Assembly: GCA_963798845.1 (NCBI GenBank)
Contig: CAWCUS010000006.1
Span: forward strand, 1,216,001 to 1,280,000
DNA: 64,000 bases
Source of the DNA: an uncultured Gemmatimonadales bacterium
GTDB lineage: Bacteria > Gemmatimonadota > Gemmatimonadetes > Longimicrobiales > RSA9
Direction of reading: 5' to 3'
This document shows positions 1 to 8,867 of this stretch, one piece after another. The number at the start of each line of letters is the position of its first letter. The first letter of the stretch is position 1. Both the position numbers and the translations under genes were made by a program. The notes below the pieces were generated by a model. That model did not search any database. It saw nothing but the letters and a program-made list of their open reading frames with translations, and was not told the origin of the DNA.

Positions 1-249
1 GTGCTGCACCCCGAGACCACGTTCGAGCGGATCATCCTCCAGTGCCTCGAGCGGGGCACGCTCCAGAACCAGCTGTTCGACGACCCGGCCAGTCTGACGC
101 AGGGGTTCGCCCGCGCGGTGGTGGGCGGGTTCCTGCGCATCCCGCCGGTGAAGCGGGCGCTGATGAGCGACGCGCTGCGGTCGCGCTTCCTGGCTGCGTT
201 GAAGGACGCCGCGGTGCGACAGGGGAAGGGGGCGCTGGTGGAGGGGTGA
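1..249 (+). CDS. Partial CDS (C-terminus), resembles the tail of 4Fe-4S dicluster domain proteins
   Basis: Open from the window edge; LERGTLQNQLFD...LRIPPVKRALMS..RSRFL resembles, from recall, C-termini of 4Fe-4S binding proteins; no Cys motif visible in this fragment. Confidence 0.45.
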   Translation: MLHPETTFERIILQCLERGTLQNQLFDDPASLTQGFARAVVGGFLRIPPVKRALMSDALRSRFLAALKDAAVRQGKGALVEG

Positions 250-273
250 GCCGAGCGGGGCCTCCGCGGCCGA

Positions 274-1497
274 CTACGGATCCGGAGTCGCTCGCAGCAG
301 AGGCACCAGCGCGCCGGCGATGGCATGGGCTTTCGCGGCGACGGCCGGCTCGTGGAGGTGGACGGGGTCGCGGAACTGGTCGTCGTGGCCGGTGATGAGC
401 GAATCGAGGTCCACCAGGGGCAGGTCCATGTCGCGCGCGAGGTCGCGTATTGCGGCGTCGGCGCGGCGCATGTCTTCGACCCAGTAGTCGCTCCAGGAAA
501 GGTTGCTCAGCGAGTAGGGCTGCGTGGTCAGGAGCACCCTGGTTCCGTGGGCCTGCGCGGCTTCGGCGATTTCCCGCAGGTTGCCCGCGAACAGGGCGAC
601 GTCCGCGGCCGAAGCGGGGCCCCGGCTCTTCCTGCCGCGAACGCCCTTCCGGGCCATGACCTGGTAGAAGTCCACGCCCGGGTTCCTCCCGGTGAGCCTG
701 TAGAAAAGGTACTTGCCGAAGGCGTAGCTGTAGTAGTAGCGCACCCAGAAGTCGTCCGCGTGGGGCTGCACGGAGAGGACCGTGTAGTAGTCCGAGTAGT
801 CCGTGCGCGTCAGGCCCAGGCCCCAGCTCTTGAGGTCGTTGGCGGCGTGGTGAACGACGATCCAGTCGGGCGAGTAGTGCCGCACCGTGAGCTCGTAGTT
901 GATGAGCGTCTGGGCCGTGGTCCACGCGCCGTTCGCGAAGTTCATCACCTCGATCCGGCGGTCAGGCAGCCGACGGGCCAGCTCGTCCGCCAGCAGCCGC
1001 GGGTACCCGTCCTCGGTCGTCGATGCTCCCAGGCAGGCGATCCGGATCGTGCCCGCCGGCTTCTCCTTCGGCCAGTCCCGGTCCAGGAAGCCCAGCGCGT
1101 TCACGCCCGGCCGCTCGGGGTTGTTCGTCAGGAGCAGGAACGGATGCGGGATCTTCTCCGGCCTGGAGGTCAGGGTCTGGCGGGCGCGGAACTGATAGAA
1201 GGAGCCGGTCATCCCGCCGGCCTGGATCACGGCGGCGGCGCCCACCTCGGAGACGAGGAACAGCAGCAGGAGCACGAGCGCGGAGAGACGGACGTTGGCC
1301 CACGTTTCCGGACGGCGGGACCCCGGATCGGAGCGGTTCCAGCCGACGATCTCACGGGCGAGCGTCACGACGGCGGCCAAGGCGATGAGCGCCGCGATGA
1401 TGCGCAGCGGACCGACGGGCGCCGAGGCGGGGAGGAGCTGTGCCGCGAGCGGGACGAAGAACACCGCGAGCGCGCCGAGCAGGACGCCGGCGCTCAT
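274..1497 (-). CDS. Membrane-anchored SGNH/GDSL hydrolase family protein
   Basis: Three N-terminal hydrophobic helices, then SGNH blocks CLGASTT, NFANGAWTT, HHAAND, FRDPVH; start placed at MSAGVLL. Confidence 0.75.
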   Translation of the reverse strand: MSAGVLLGALAVFFVPLAAQLLPASAPVGPLRIIAALIALAAVVTLAREIVGWNRSDPGSRRPETWANVRLSALVLLLLFLVSEVGAAAVIQAGGMTGSFYQFRARQTLTSRPEKIPHPFLLLTNNPERPGVNALGFLDRDWPKEKPAGTIRIACLGASTTEDGYPRLLADELARRLPDRRIEVMNFANGAWTTAQTLINYELTVRHYSPDWIVVHHAANDLKSWGLGLTRTDYSDYYTVLSVQPHADDFWVRYYYSYAFGKYLFYRLTGRNPGVDFYQVMARKGVRGRKSRGPASAADVALFAGNLREIAEAAQAHGTRVLLTTQPYSLSNLSWSDYWVEDMRRADAAIRDLARDMDLPLVDLDSLITGHDDQFRDPVHLHEPAVAAKAHAIAGALVPLLRATPDP

Positions 1498-1688
1498 GCC
1501 GTACAGGTACCTGCGAACAGGACAATCATGGTGTCTCCGGGATCTGGAGCTCGAGACGATGGAAGCGAGCGGCCGCGAAGCGCCCCCAGCCCTCACCTGG
1601 CCAGGGCGGCCGACGTTCACCAAACTTATCTGTCCCTCGCGAACACGTCCATCCGGCGCGCTGCCGGATCCTCCAGGAGGTGGTGCCC

Positions 1689-4600
1689 GTGCGCACGCCA
1701 TCGATCCGCGTCGTAGCGGCTCTCGCGTTTCTTTCCGTTCCCGCGTCCTCCGTCGCGGCGCAGGCGCCGAGCGCGGCGGCCGGGCCCGGCCCGGCGCTCT
1801 ATTCCGACATGCACTGGCGCGCCATCGGCCCGACGCGGGGCGGCAGGACGCGGGCGCTGGCGGCGGTGCCGGGGAACCCGACGGTGTTCTACGCCGGGTT
1901 CGACAACGGCGGGATCTGGCGCACGACGGACTACGGCTCGACCTGGCAGCCGATCTTCGACGACCAGCCCACGGGCTCGATCGGCGCGATCGCGGTGGCG
2001 CCGTCGGATCCTGACATCCTGTACGTGGGGAGCGGCGCCGGGATCATCCGGCCGGACCTGGCCACGGGCGATGGCCTGTACAGGTCCTCGGACGCCGGGC
2101 GGACGTGGACGCACCTGGGGCTGCGCGAGACGCAGATGATCGCGGACGTGGTGGTGGACCCGACGAACCCGGACCGGCTCTTCGTGGCCGCGCTGGGACA
2201 CCCGTACGGCCCGAACCCGGAGCGCGGGATCTTCCGGTCCGTCAATGGCGGGAAGACGTTCGAGAAAGTGCTCTACCGCGACGAGTACACCAGCGGGAAC
2301 GACGTCGTCCTGGACCCGTCGGACCCGAACACCGTCTACGCCACGCTCTGGCAGCAGCAGCAGGGCTTCCGGGAGAGCGCGGAGTTCGGCGGCGCGGGAA
2401 AGGGCACCGGGATCTTCAAGTCCACCGATGGCGGCGACAGCTGGAAGCCGCTGACGACCGGGCTGCCCAACGTGATCGAGGCCAACCTGGCGGTGGCGCC
2501 GAGCGACCCGCGGATCGTGTACGCCATGGTGGCCGGCACGCCCAACCCGAGCGCCGCCGCAGCGGCGGGGCCGGGCACGGTGACGGGCGCCGGGCGGGAT
2601 GGCGGGACCACGGGGGTGGTCGGCTTCTACCGTTCGGAGGACGGGGGCGAGCACTGGACGCCGGTGGACGTGCCGGCGGGGCCGATGGGGGCGGCCACGG
2701 CGCACGTGGACGCGCGCCCGCTGCGTCGCATCGGCGGGGGTGACCTCCCGACCATCACGGTGGACCCGAAGGACCCGAACACGGTCTACAGCGCCACGGT
2801 GGTGATGTGGCGGACCCGCGATGGCGGCGAGCACTGGTCGGCGGTGCGGGGCGCCTACGGCGGCGACGACTACCAGAAGATCTGGATCCACCCGGAGGAC
2901 CCGAACGTCATCTTCACGGTGTCCGACCAGGGCGCCGTCATCTCGACCAACGGCGGCGAGTCGTGGAGCAACTGGTACAACCAGCCCACGGCCGCCATGT
3001 ACCACGTCACCACGGACAACGCGTTCCCGTACCGGGTGTGCGGCGGCCAGCAGGACGCCGGCTCGGCGTGCGTTCAGAGCCGGTCGGACGACGGGGAGAT
3101 CACGTTCCACGACTGGCACCCGGTGAACATCCAGGAGTACGGCATAGCGGCGCCCGACCCGCGGGATCCGGACCTGGTCTACGGCAGCGCACGCACGGAC
3201 GTGTCGCTGTTCAACCGCAGGACGCGCCAGACCAGCCGGGTGGGGCCGGACATGGGCCCGCGCGGCGGGCCGTTCAACCGGGACGTGCGCACCATGCCGA
3301 TCCAGTGGTCGCCGGTGGACCCGGCCGTGCTCTTCTACACGTCGAACGTGGTGTGGAAGACCACCGACGACGGCCACTCCTGGACCCGGATCAGCCCCGA
3401 CCTGGCCAGGCAGTCGTGGAAGGTGCCGGCCAGCGCGGGGAAGTACGCGAAGCACGTCGAAGTGGGCGTCCAGGGCACGATCACCGCGCTCTCGGCTTCG
3501 CCCCTGGACGTGGACGTGATCTGGGCGGGCACCGACGACGGCGCCATCCAGGTGACCATGGACGGGGGGGCGCACTGGCGCGACGTGACGCCGCCGGCCG
3601 TCGCGCCGTGGACCCGGATCTTCAACATCGAAGCGGGCCACTTCGACACCGGGACCGCGTACGCGGCCGCCAACACCATGCGGATCGACGACATGGACCC
3701 GCACTTCTTCCGCACCCACGATGGCGGGAAGACGTGGACGGAGATCGACGGCGGTCTGACGCCGGGCGCGGTGGCCAACTCGATCCGGGAGGACCCGCGA
3801 GAGCCGGGGCTGCTGTACGCGGCCACCGAGACGCAGGTCTGGGTCTCGTTCGACGACGGCGGCCGGTGGCACTCGCTCCGGCTGGACATGCCGGCCATCT
3901 CCGTGCGCGACATCCAGGTGAAGGACGACTCCACGTGCCTCTGCTCCGACCTCGTGGCCGCCACCCACGGACGGGGCTTCTGGATCCTGGACGACGTGAC
4001 CCCGCTGCGGCAGGCGAAGGAGGCCATGGCCGCGACCGGGGGCGGCGGCGTCGCCTACCTGTTCCGTCCGGCCACGGCCGTGCGCGTGCGCTTCGGCACC
4101 AACGACCCCACGGAGTGGCCGCCGGAGCTGCCCGCGGGGGAGAACCCGCCGGCCGGGGGGATCATCGACTACTATCTCGCCGCGGACGCGGCTGGCCCCG
4201 TGGGGCTGGACATCCTCGATGCCAGCGGCGCGGTCATCCGCTCCTACTCGAGCGACGACCCGGTCCTCGAGCCCGACCCGGCGCTCGACCCCGAGGGGTA
4301 CGACCGCGTCTGCCGCGAGGACCCCGGGGCGCCCAACTGCAACGTGCCGCTGTACTGGCCGGCCCCGCAGAGGGTCCTGGCCACGGATCAGGGGATGCAC
4401 CGGTTCGCCTGGGACCTGCGCTTCGACCCGATCGGCGCGGAGCCGCGGGAGGCCAGCGGCGAGGGCGCCGTTCCGCACCACACGTACCCGTCGGTGAACG
4501 CGCCATGGGCGCCTCGCGGCGAGTATACGGTCCGACTCACCGTGGACGGCCACGCGTCCACGCAGCCGCTCTCGCTCCGCCTGGATCCGCGGGTCCGCAC

Positions 4601-5054
4601 GCCCGCGGCGGACCTGGACCGGGTGGCCGCGCTCTCCCGTGAGCTGTACGACGGCGCGATCGCGGCCCACGCCGCCTACGAGCAGGCCCGGGGGCTCGTC
4701 GGGCGCCTCGAGGGCGCCACCAATGCGGGTGCGGCGGCGTTTCGCCGGCAGGTGGAAGCGCTGGCCCCGGCACCGGGTCCGGACGCCGGCGGCCGCCGCT
4801 TCTTCGGGGGCGCGCCGTCCGGTCCGCCCACGCTGGAGACCGTGAGCCAGGCCATGCTGCGCGCGGCCATGGCCATGAACGATGCCGAGGTCGCGCCCAC
4901 GGCCCGGGAGGTGGCGGCGAGCGATGCGGCCAGGACCGAAGCCGCGGGAGTGATGAAGCAGTGGGCGGCCCTGAGCACCAGCGGGCTGGCAGCCTACAAC
5001 GCCGAGCGCGCGAAAGCGGGGCTGGAGCCGCTGGCGCTGCCGCCGTCGCCATGA
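1689..5054 (+). CDS. Secreted VPS10/sortilin-like BNR (Asp-box) repeat protein, glycosyl hydrolase-like
   Basis: AGGAGG RBS then GTG; signal peptide; WRAIGPTRGGR start; many S/T-x-D-G-G-x-x-W Asp-boxes; ATHGRGFWILDD. Confidence 0.85.
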   Translation: MRTPSIRVVAALAFLSVPASSVAAQAPSAAAGPGPALYSDMHWRAIGPTRGGRTRALAAVPGNPTVFYAGFDNGGIWRTTDYGSTWQPIFDDQPTGSIGAIAVAPSDPDILYVGSGAGIIRPDLATGDGLYRSSDAGRTWTHLGLRETQMIADVVVDPTNPDRLFVAALGHPYGPNPERGIFRSVNGGKTFEKVLYRDEYTSGNDVVLDPSDPNTVYATLWQQQQGFRESAEFGGAGKGTGIFKSTDGGDSWKPLTTGLPNVIEANLAVAPSDPRIVYAMVAGTPNPSAAAAAGPGTVTGAGRDGGTTGVVGFYRSEDGGEHWTPVDVPAGPMGAATAHVDARPLRRIGGGDLPTITVDPKDPNTVYSATVVMWRTRDGGEHWSAVRGAYGGDDYQKIWIHPEDPNVIFTVSDQGAVISTNGGESWSNWYNQPTAAMYHVTTDNAFPYRVCGGQQDAGSACVQSRSDDGEITFHDWHPVNIQEYGIAAPDPRDPDLVYGSARTDVSLFNRRTRQTSRVGPDMGPRGGPFNRDVRTMPIQWSPVDPAVLFYTSNVVWKTTDDGHSWTRISPDLARQSWKVPASAGKYAKHVEVGVQGTITALSASPLDVDVIWAGTDDGAIQVTMDGGAHWRDVTPPAVAPWTRIFNIEAGHFDTGTAYAAANTMRIDDMDPHFFRTHDGGKTWTEIDGGLTPGAVANSIREDPREPGLLYAATETQVWVSFDDGGRWHSLRLDMPAISVRDIQVKDDSTCLCSDLVAATHGRGFWILDDVTPLRQAKEAMAATGGGGVAYLFRPATAVRVRFGTNDPTEWPPELPAGENPPAGGIIDYYLAADAAGPVGLDILDASGAVIRSYSSDDPVLEPDPALDPEGYDRVCREDPGAPNCNVPLYWPAPQRVLATDQGMHRFAWDLRFDPIGAEPREASGEGAVPHHTYPSVNAPWAPRGEYTVRLTVDGHASTQPLSLRLDPRVRTPAADLDRVAALSRELYDGAIAAHAAYEQARGLVGRLEGATNAGAAAFRRQVEALAPAPGPDAGGRRFFGGAPSGPPTLETVSQAMLRAAMAMNDAEVAPTAREVAASDAARTEAAGVMKQWAALSTSGLAAYNAERAKAGLEPLALPPSP

Positions 5055-6211
5055 CGACAGGCACGACCGTCCCCACGCCCGGGGATGTCGACGCGATCGC
5101 CGGCGGTGCCGATCCGATCCTCCGCAACCTGCGCATCACCGGCTGCTACCATCAGCTCGCCCTCGGCGCCCGCGCCCGGGTCGGGGCGGGCGCGAACTGG
5201 TGCACGTTCGCCACCTGGGCCTCGCGACAGGCGGGCCGCTCGATCCGGGGCGAGGACGTGCGGGACACGCTGCGCGAGCGCCTGGGCATCTCGCCGCCGG
5301 TCCGTGAGCTGGCGGAAGGTCTCCTGACCGCGGTGCGGGGGCTCCCGCCGATCCGGACCGTGTCGGGGCTCCTGGACGCGGTCGCGGACGCTCTCGACGC
5401 CGATGGGGCAGTGGAGCGCGCGGCCGCGGCGGTGGCGGCGGGGAACCTGAAAGTGTTCGCGGAGATCGGCGCGGCCTTCGCCCGGTTCCTGGAGGCGGCG
5501 TCAAGCCCATCGCCGGACGCCCTTCCCGCCTTCCTGGACGGCCTCCGCCCCGGGGACCCGCCGGAGGGGCAGGCCATGCTGCGCGAGGCGTTCGCCGCGT
5601 ACGTCGAAGCGACGAGTCGCGAGTCCGACACCGACCGGGCCCAGCTCCAGTACCTCGCCAACCTGCTCATCGGCATGCACGAGCAGACGCGGCTCCAGCC
5701 CGAGATCGCGGCGGCGATGAACGCGGCGTTCGACGGCGAAGCCGTGCGCGACCGGATCGTCCGCGCTCTGCTGCCCGGGGCCTGGCGCAGCATCCGATAC
5801 CGGGTGGCCGCGCTCTTCGGCCGGCGACCGCCCCTGGACGACGTCGTCGACGCGCTCGTTGCGGAAGCCCAGCGCGAGCTGCGGCACCTGCTCACCGCCC
5901 AGGCCATGACGCTTCACTTCCCGGCCGGGGTTACGGTCCGGCTGGGGCGCGAGGTCGGCGGCCGGGACTCCGTTTCCCTCGCCGCGCTGTCCGAGCCGCG
6001 GCTGGTGGCGCTGGTCGCACGGATCGACCCGGACCCGCTCTCGCTGGCCGGCGGCGGCGCGCTGGACTGGAGCGTGCTCGAGCAGCGGATGCACCTGATC
6101 GCAGACCTGTTCCGCCGCTACCACGACTGGGCTCCGCTCTTCGATCCGCCGTACACGGCGGTGCAGCTCGCGGCGCTGGGCGAGGGCAGGCTCCCCGCCC
6201 CGCCGCTCTAG
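5051..6211 (+). CDS. Conserved hypothetical protein
   Basis: ATGA overlap with the upstream stop; conserved-looking motifs LRNLRIT, ANWCTFATWASRQAG, HEQTRLQP. Confidence 0.7.
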   Translation: MTTGTTVPTPGDVDAIAGGADPILRNLRITGCYHQLALGARARVGAGANWCTFATWASRQAGRSIRGEDVRDTLRERLGISPPVRELAEGLLTAVRGLPPIRTVSGLLDAVADALDADGAVERAAAAVAAGNLKVFAEIGAAFARFLEAASSPSPDALPAFLDGLRPGDPPEGQAMLREAFAAYVEATSRESDTDRAQLQYLANLLIGMHEQTRLQPEIAAAMNAAFDGEAVRDRIVRALLPGAWRSIRYRVAALFGRRPPLDDVVDALVAEAQRELRHLLTAQAMTLHFPAGVTVRLGREVGGRDSVSLAALSEPRLVALVARIDPDPLSLAGGGALDWSVLEQRMHLIADLFRRYHDWAPLFDPPYTAVQLAALGEGRLPAPPL

Positions 6212-6264
6212 GAGGTCCGCGGCCGAGCCGCGGCGTCGATACCCAAACCCGGGAGACGTCTCAG

Positions 6265-6783
6265 ATGGCAGGGCACCAGGCAATCGCAGCGACAACGGAC
6301 GCAGTCATGCGACTGCTCCAGAGGAGCCATGACCCGGCGGATTTCGACGGGGCCCCGCTGGAGTTCCGGGTCTTCGGTCCCGAAGACTTCCAGAACCCCA
6401 TACGGGAAGGGGTTTCCCTCTTCCTGTACCGGATCTGGTCGCACGACGTACGCCGGATGCCGCGCAGCCCGCTGATCGAGGGGCGGCCCCAGCGCCCCGG
6501 GTTGCCCCTCGAGCTGCACTTCCTCCTGACCGCATGGGCGAGGACGGCCGCGCGACAGCAGGAGATCGCAGGCTGGGTCATGCAGGCCATCAATGCCGAG
6601 CCCGTGCTGACGGCCGACCACCTGAACGCGTACCGGCCGGGAGTGTTCCACGATGGCGAAGGCGCCGAGCTCGGCCTCGCGGACTCCAGCATGGAGGAAG
6701 TCCTCCGCGCCTGGGAAGTGGGGACGCAGAGGCCCTACCAGCTTTCCCTGGCATACGTGGCCCGGGGAGTTGAAATCCGGTGA
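6265..6783 (+). CDS. DUF4255 / Pvc16-family protein (contractile injection system tail-terminator-like)
   Basis: AIAATT..VMRLL, SLFLYRI, PLELHFLLTAW, W...PYQLSLAY pattern typical of DUF4255. Confidence 0.75.
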   Translation: MAGHQAIAATTDAVMRLLQRSHDPADFDGAPLEFRVFGPEDFQNPIREGVSLFLYRIWSHDVRRMPRSPLIEGRPQRPGLPLELHFLLTAWARTAARQQEIAGWVMQAINAEPVLTADHLNAYRPGVFHDGEGAELGLADSSMEEVLRAWEVGTQRPYQLSLAYVARGVEIR

Positions 6784-6910
6784 TCCGTGGATTCCCGAAG
6801 GTGGCGGGAGGTCACCGGTGCGCCAGGAGAAGGCACTCCTCCCGACCGATCCGCTGCCCGGAGATCCGCGGCCGGCGGCGGGGCGGGCGCCCCGCCGCCG
6901 CCCTCGCTCC

Positions 6911-7502
6911 TCAGAATGGTCAGCAGGCGGTCGAAGAACGCGCGGTAGCGCTTGAGCGCCATGCGCAGGTCCTCGGTGGAAACGGAATCGCCGCGGTCCC
7001 ACTGCCGCTCGAGGCGGGCGCGCTCACCGCTGAAGCCCTCCGTCAGACGCTGCATGACATCCCCGACGAGGCCATCGGCCTGCTCGACGGCGTCGCGCGG
7101 CTGATCCACGAACTCGGTCTGGATCCTGTCCCAGCGAGCCCGCAGGCTGTCCGTCTCCTCGGCAGGGAAAAGCCGGACGGGCGCATCAATGGCGTCGGAG
7201 TCTGATTCGGCCATGGGCTCGCTCCGGCCCCGTCGCCCGCGCGTAGCGGCCGTCCGGGGCTCGTCGAGCGTCGCCTCACCGGTCACCCGATCCGGGTCGT
7301 CGCGCCCCACTTCCGTGCGCTGGCGCTCCCGCCTCGGCGCCGCTGGCGCCGCGCCGCCCGCCTCGAGCCGCTCCTCCTCCTCAATGCGCTCGAGCCGCCC
7401 GTCCGCGCTTCGGTCCTCCTCGTCCGCGCTGTAGAACGCCTCCTCTCCAGGCGTCAGGTCACGGGTCCTGTCGTTCCGGTGGCCTTCGTCATGTTCGGTC
7501 AA
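6911..7502 (-). CDS. Hypothetical protein with W..IQ..FVD.P...TEDLR helical domain (probable +1 error at the stop; raw ORF runs to 6735)
   Basis: TTG start overlapping the upstream stop; domain ends FFDRLLTI; removing one base brings TGA at 6911-6913 into frame. Confidence 0.7.
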
Positions 7503-8053
7503 AGTGCCTCCCTCTGCTGGGGTCCCTCCTCGAGGAGATCCTCGAAGAGCGTCCGATAGTGAACCATCGCCTGGCGCAGGTCCTCGGTGGCCGCGCCGCC
7601 ATCCCGGGTGCGGGCGGCGAGCCGGTGGCCGCGGCGGTAATGGTCGACCACCCGAGGGTGGTCGACAGACAGGTCGGCGGCGCGCTGCTCGAACTCCGCC
7701 ATCGGGTAGCCGCGGCGCTCCATCAGCTGCGTGACCAGTCGGTCCGCTTCACCCACCGCGCCGGCAGGCTCGTCCACGAACCGCTTCTGCACGTCCACCC
7801 AGGCGGCGCCGAAACGCTCGACGTCACGGGGCGGCAGCGGGCGGATCTGGAGCTGCTCGACCCGCTCGCGGCGGTGCTCGAGCTCCCGCTCCGCGGCCGC
7901 GCGGTCTCCCGTCACCGCCACGGTCCGCTCGTACTCCCGTCCGAACGACGAGCGGAGATCGCTGCTCCGCCGCCTTCGCAGAATCAGCCAGGCCGCCACA
8001 GCGCCGACGACGAGCGCCGCGATCACCAGGACAGCCACGATCCAATCGGGCAT
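7499..8053 (-). CDS. Membrane-anchored hypothetical protein, paralogous domain to the downstream gene
   Basis: AGGAGG RBS; N-terminal TM helix then RRRR; WVDVQKRFVDEP..AVGEAD..TEDLRQAMVHYR. Confidence 0.8.
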   Translation of the reverse strand: MPDWIVAVLVIAALVVGAVAAWLILRRRRSSDLRSSFGREYERTVAVTGDRAAAERELEHRRERVEQLQIRPLPPRDVERFGAAWVDVQKRFVDEPAGAVGEADRLVTQLMERRGYPMAEFEQRAADLSVDHPRVVDHYRRGHRLAARTRDGGAATEDLRQAMVHYRTLFEDLLEEGPQQREAL

Positions 8054-8096
8054 GAATACCTCCTGTTGCGGGTCCCTCAGGAGTGGAATGGGCAAG

Positions 8097-8213
8097 GGGT
8101 GTGCCCCTGCGCGGGCAGGGGTCTGCGCGTTCGTGAGCAGGAGCGTGTGCCGGGTGTGCCCCTGCGCGGGCAGGGGCTGGGGTCCGCAACCGGAGTCCCG
8201 GGCGTGGGGTGTG
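8097..8213. repeat. 25-bp palindromic direct repeat, 55-bp period
   Basis: GGGTGTGCCCCTGCGCGGGCAGGGG at 8097-8121 and 8152-8176; partial GGGTGTG at 8207. Confidence 0.8.
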
Positions 8214-8371
8214 AGGCGAGGGTCTTCCGGAACGGGAGTGGAAGTGCGAGTTTGAATCTTCGGGCAACAATCTCGGCGGCCACGTGCCCCGGGGCGCCCC
8301 GCAGCTACGCCGGTGTGGCCGTGTGCGAAGCGCACGGCCGGGGGGACACGAGAGACAGGCGAGCGAGTACC

Positions 8372-8581
8372 ATGACCCAGCAGGAGTTCGAGCAGGTCAG
8401 GCAGGACATCGAAAAGGGGCGGAGCCCGGTGATCCGGATCCACTCCCGGTTCCGGGTGCGCCGGCACGTGCAGCGGGTGGTGGGTCTGGACACGTCCTGG
8501 CCACTCCAGCCGTTGCTGGTGGTGGAGGACGGAGAGCGGGTGGCGGTCGAGAACTGCGGGCTGGAGCCGGCGGCGGCCTGA
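8372..8581 (+). CDS. Small hypothetical protein (69 aa)
   Basis: MTQQEFEQVRQDIEKG...; GC3-biased codons. Confidence 0.6.
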   Translation: MTQQEFEQVRQDIEKGRSPVIRIHSRFRVRRHVQRVVGLDTSWPLQPLLVVEDGERVAVENCGLEPAAA

Positions 8582-8867
8582 CGCAGGTTGCGGCGCGGAA
8601 GTCATCACCGTTGTCGATGGAGCTTTCCCGGCAACACGCTGTGATGCGCGGTCGGTCAGGCCTTCCCCAAGCTCCGCGCCCATGAATCAGCCCTGTCGGT
8701 GTCACGCTCACGCTTGATGCGCGGGCGAGACTCTCCTATCCTTGAGGGCCTGCCAGGACGCCCGATGACGGGTCGGACGATGCCCGGCGCGGGTGGTCGT
8801 TGCGCGCCGAAACCTCAGTCCGACCCTCTCCGGCGGTCAGAAGCCCTACAAATCAGGAGTGCACTCA

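Noticed and set aside
1626..4670. Long antisense or alternate-frame ORFs (e.g. 1626-4670, 19392-21695, 41851-45072, 49097-52000, 57686-61087)
   Set aside because: Shadow ORFs of high-GC genes; Arg/Gly/Pro-rich with no motifs
8097..8213. CRISPR array
   Set aside because: Only two full repeats and no cas genes in the window; reported as a repeat instead
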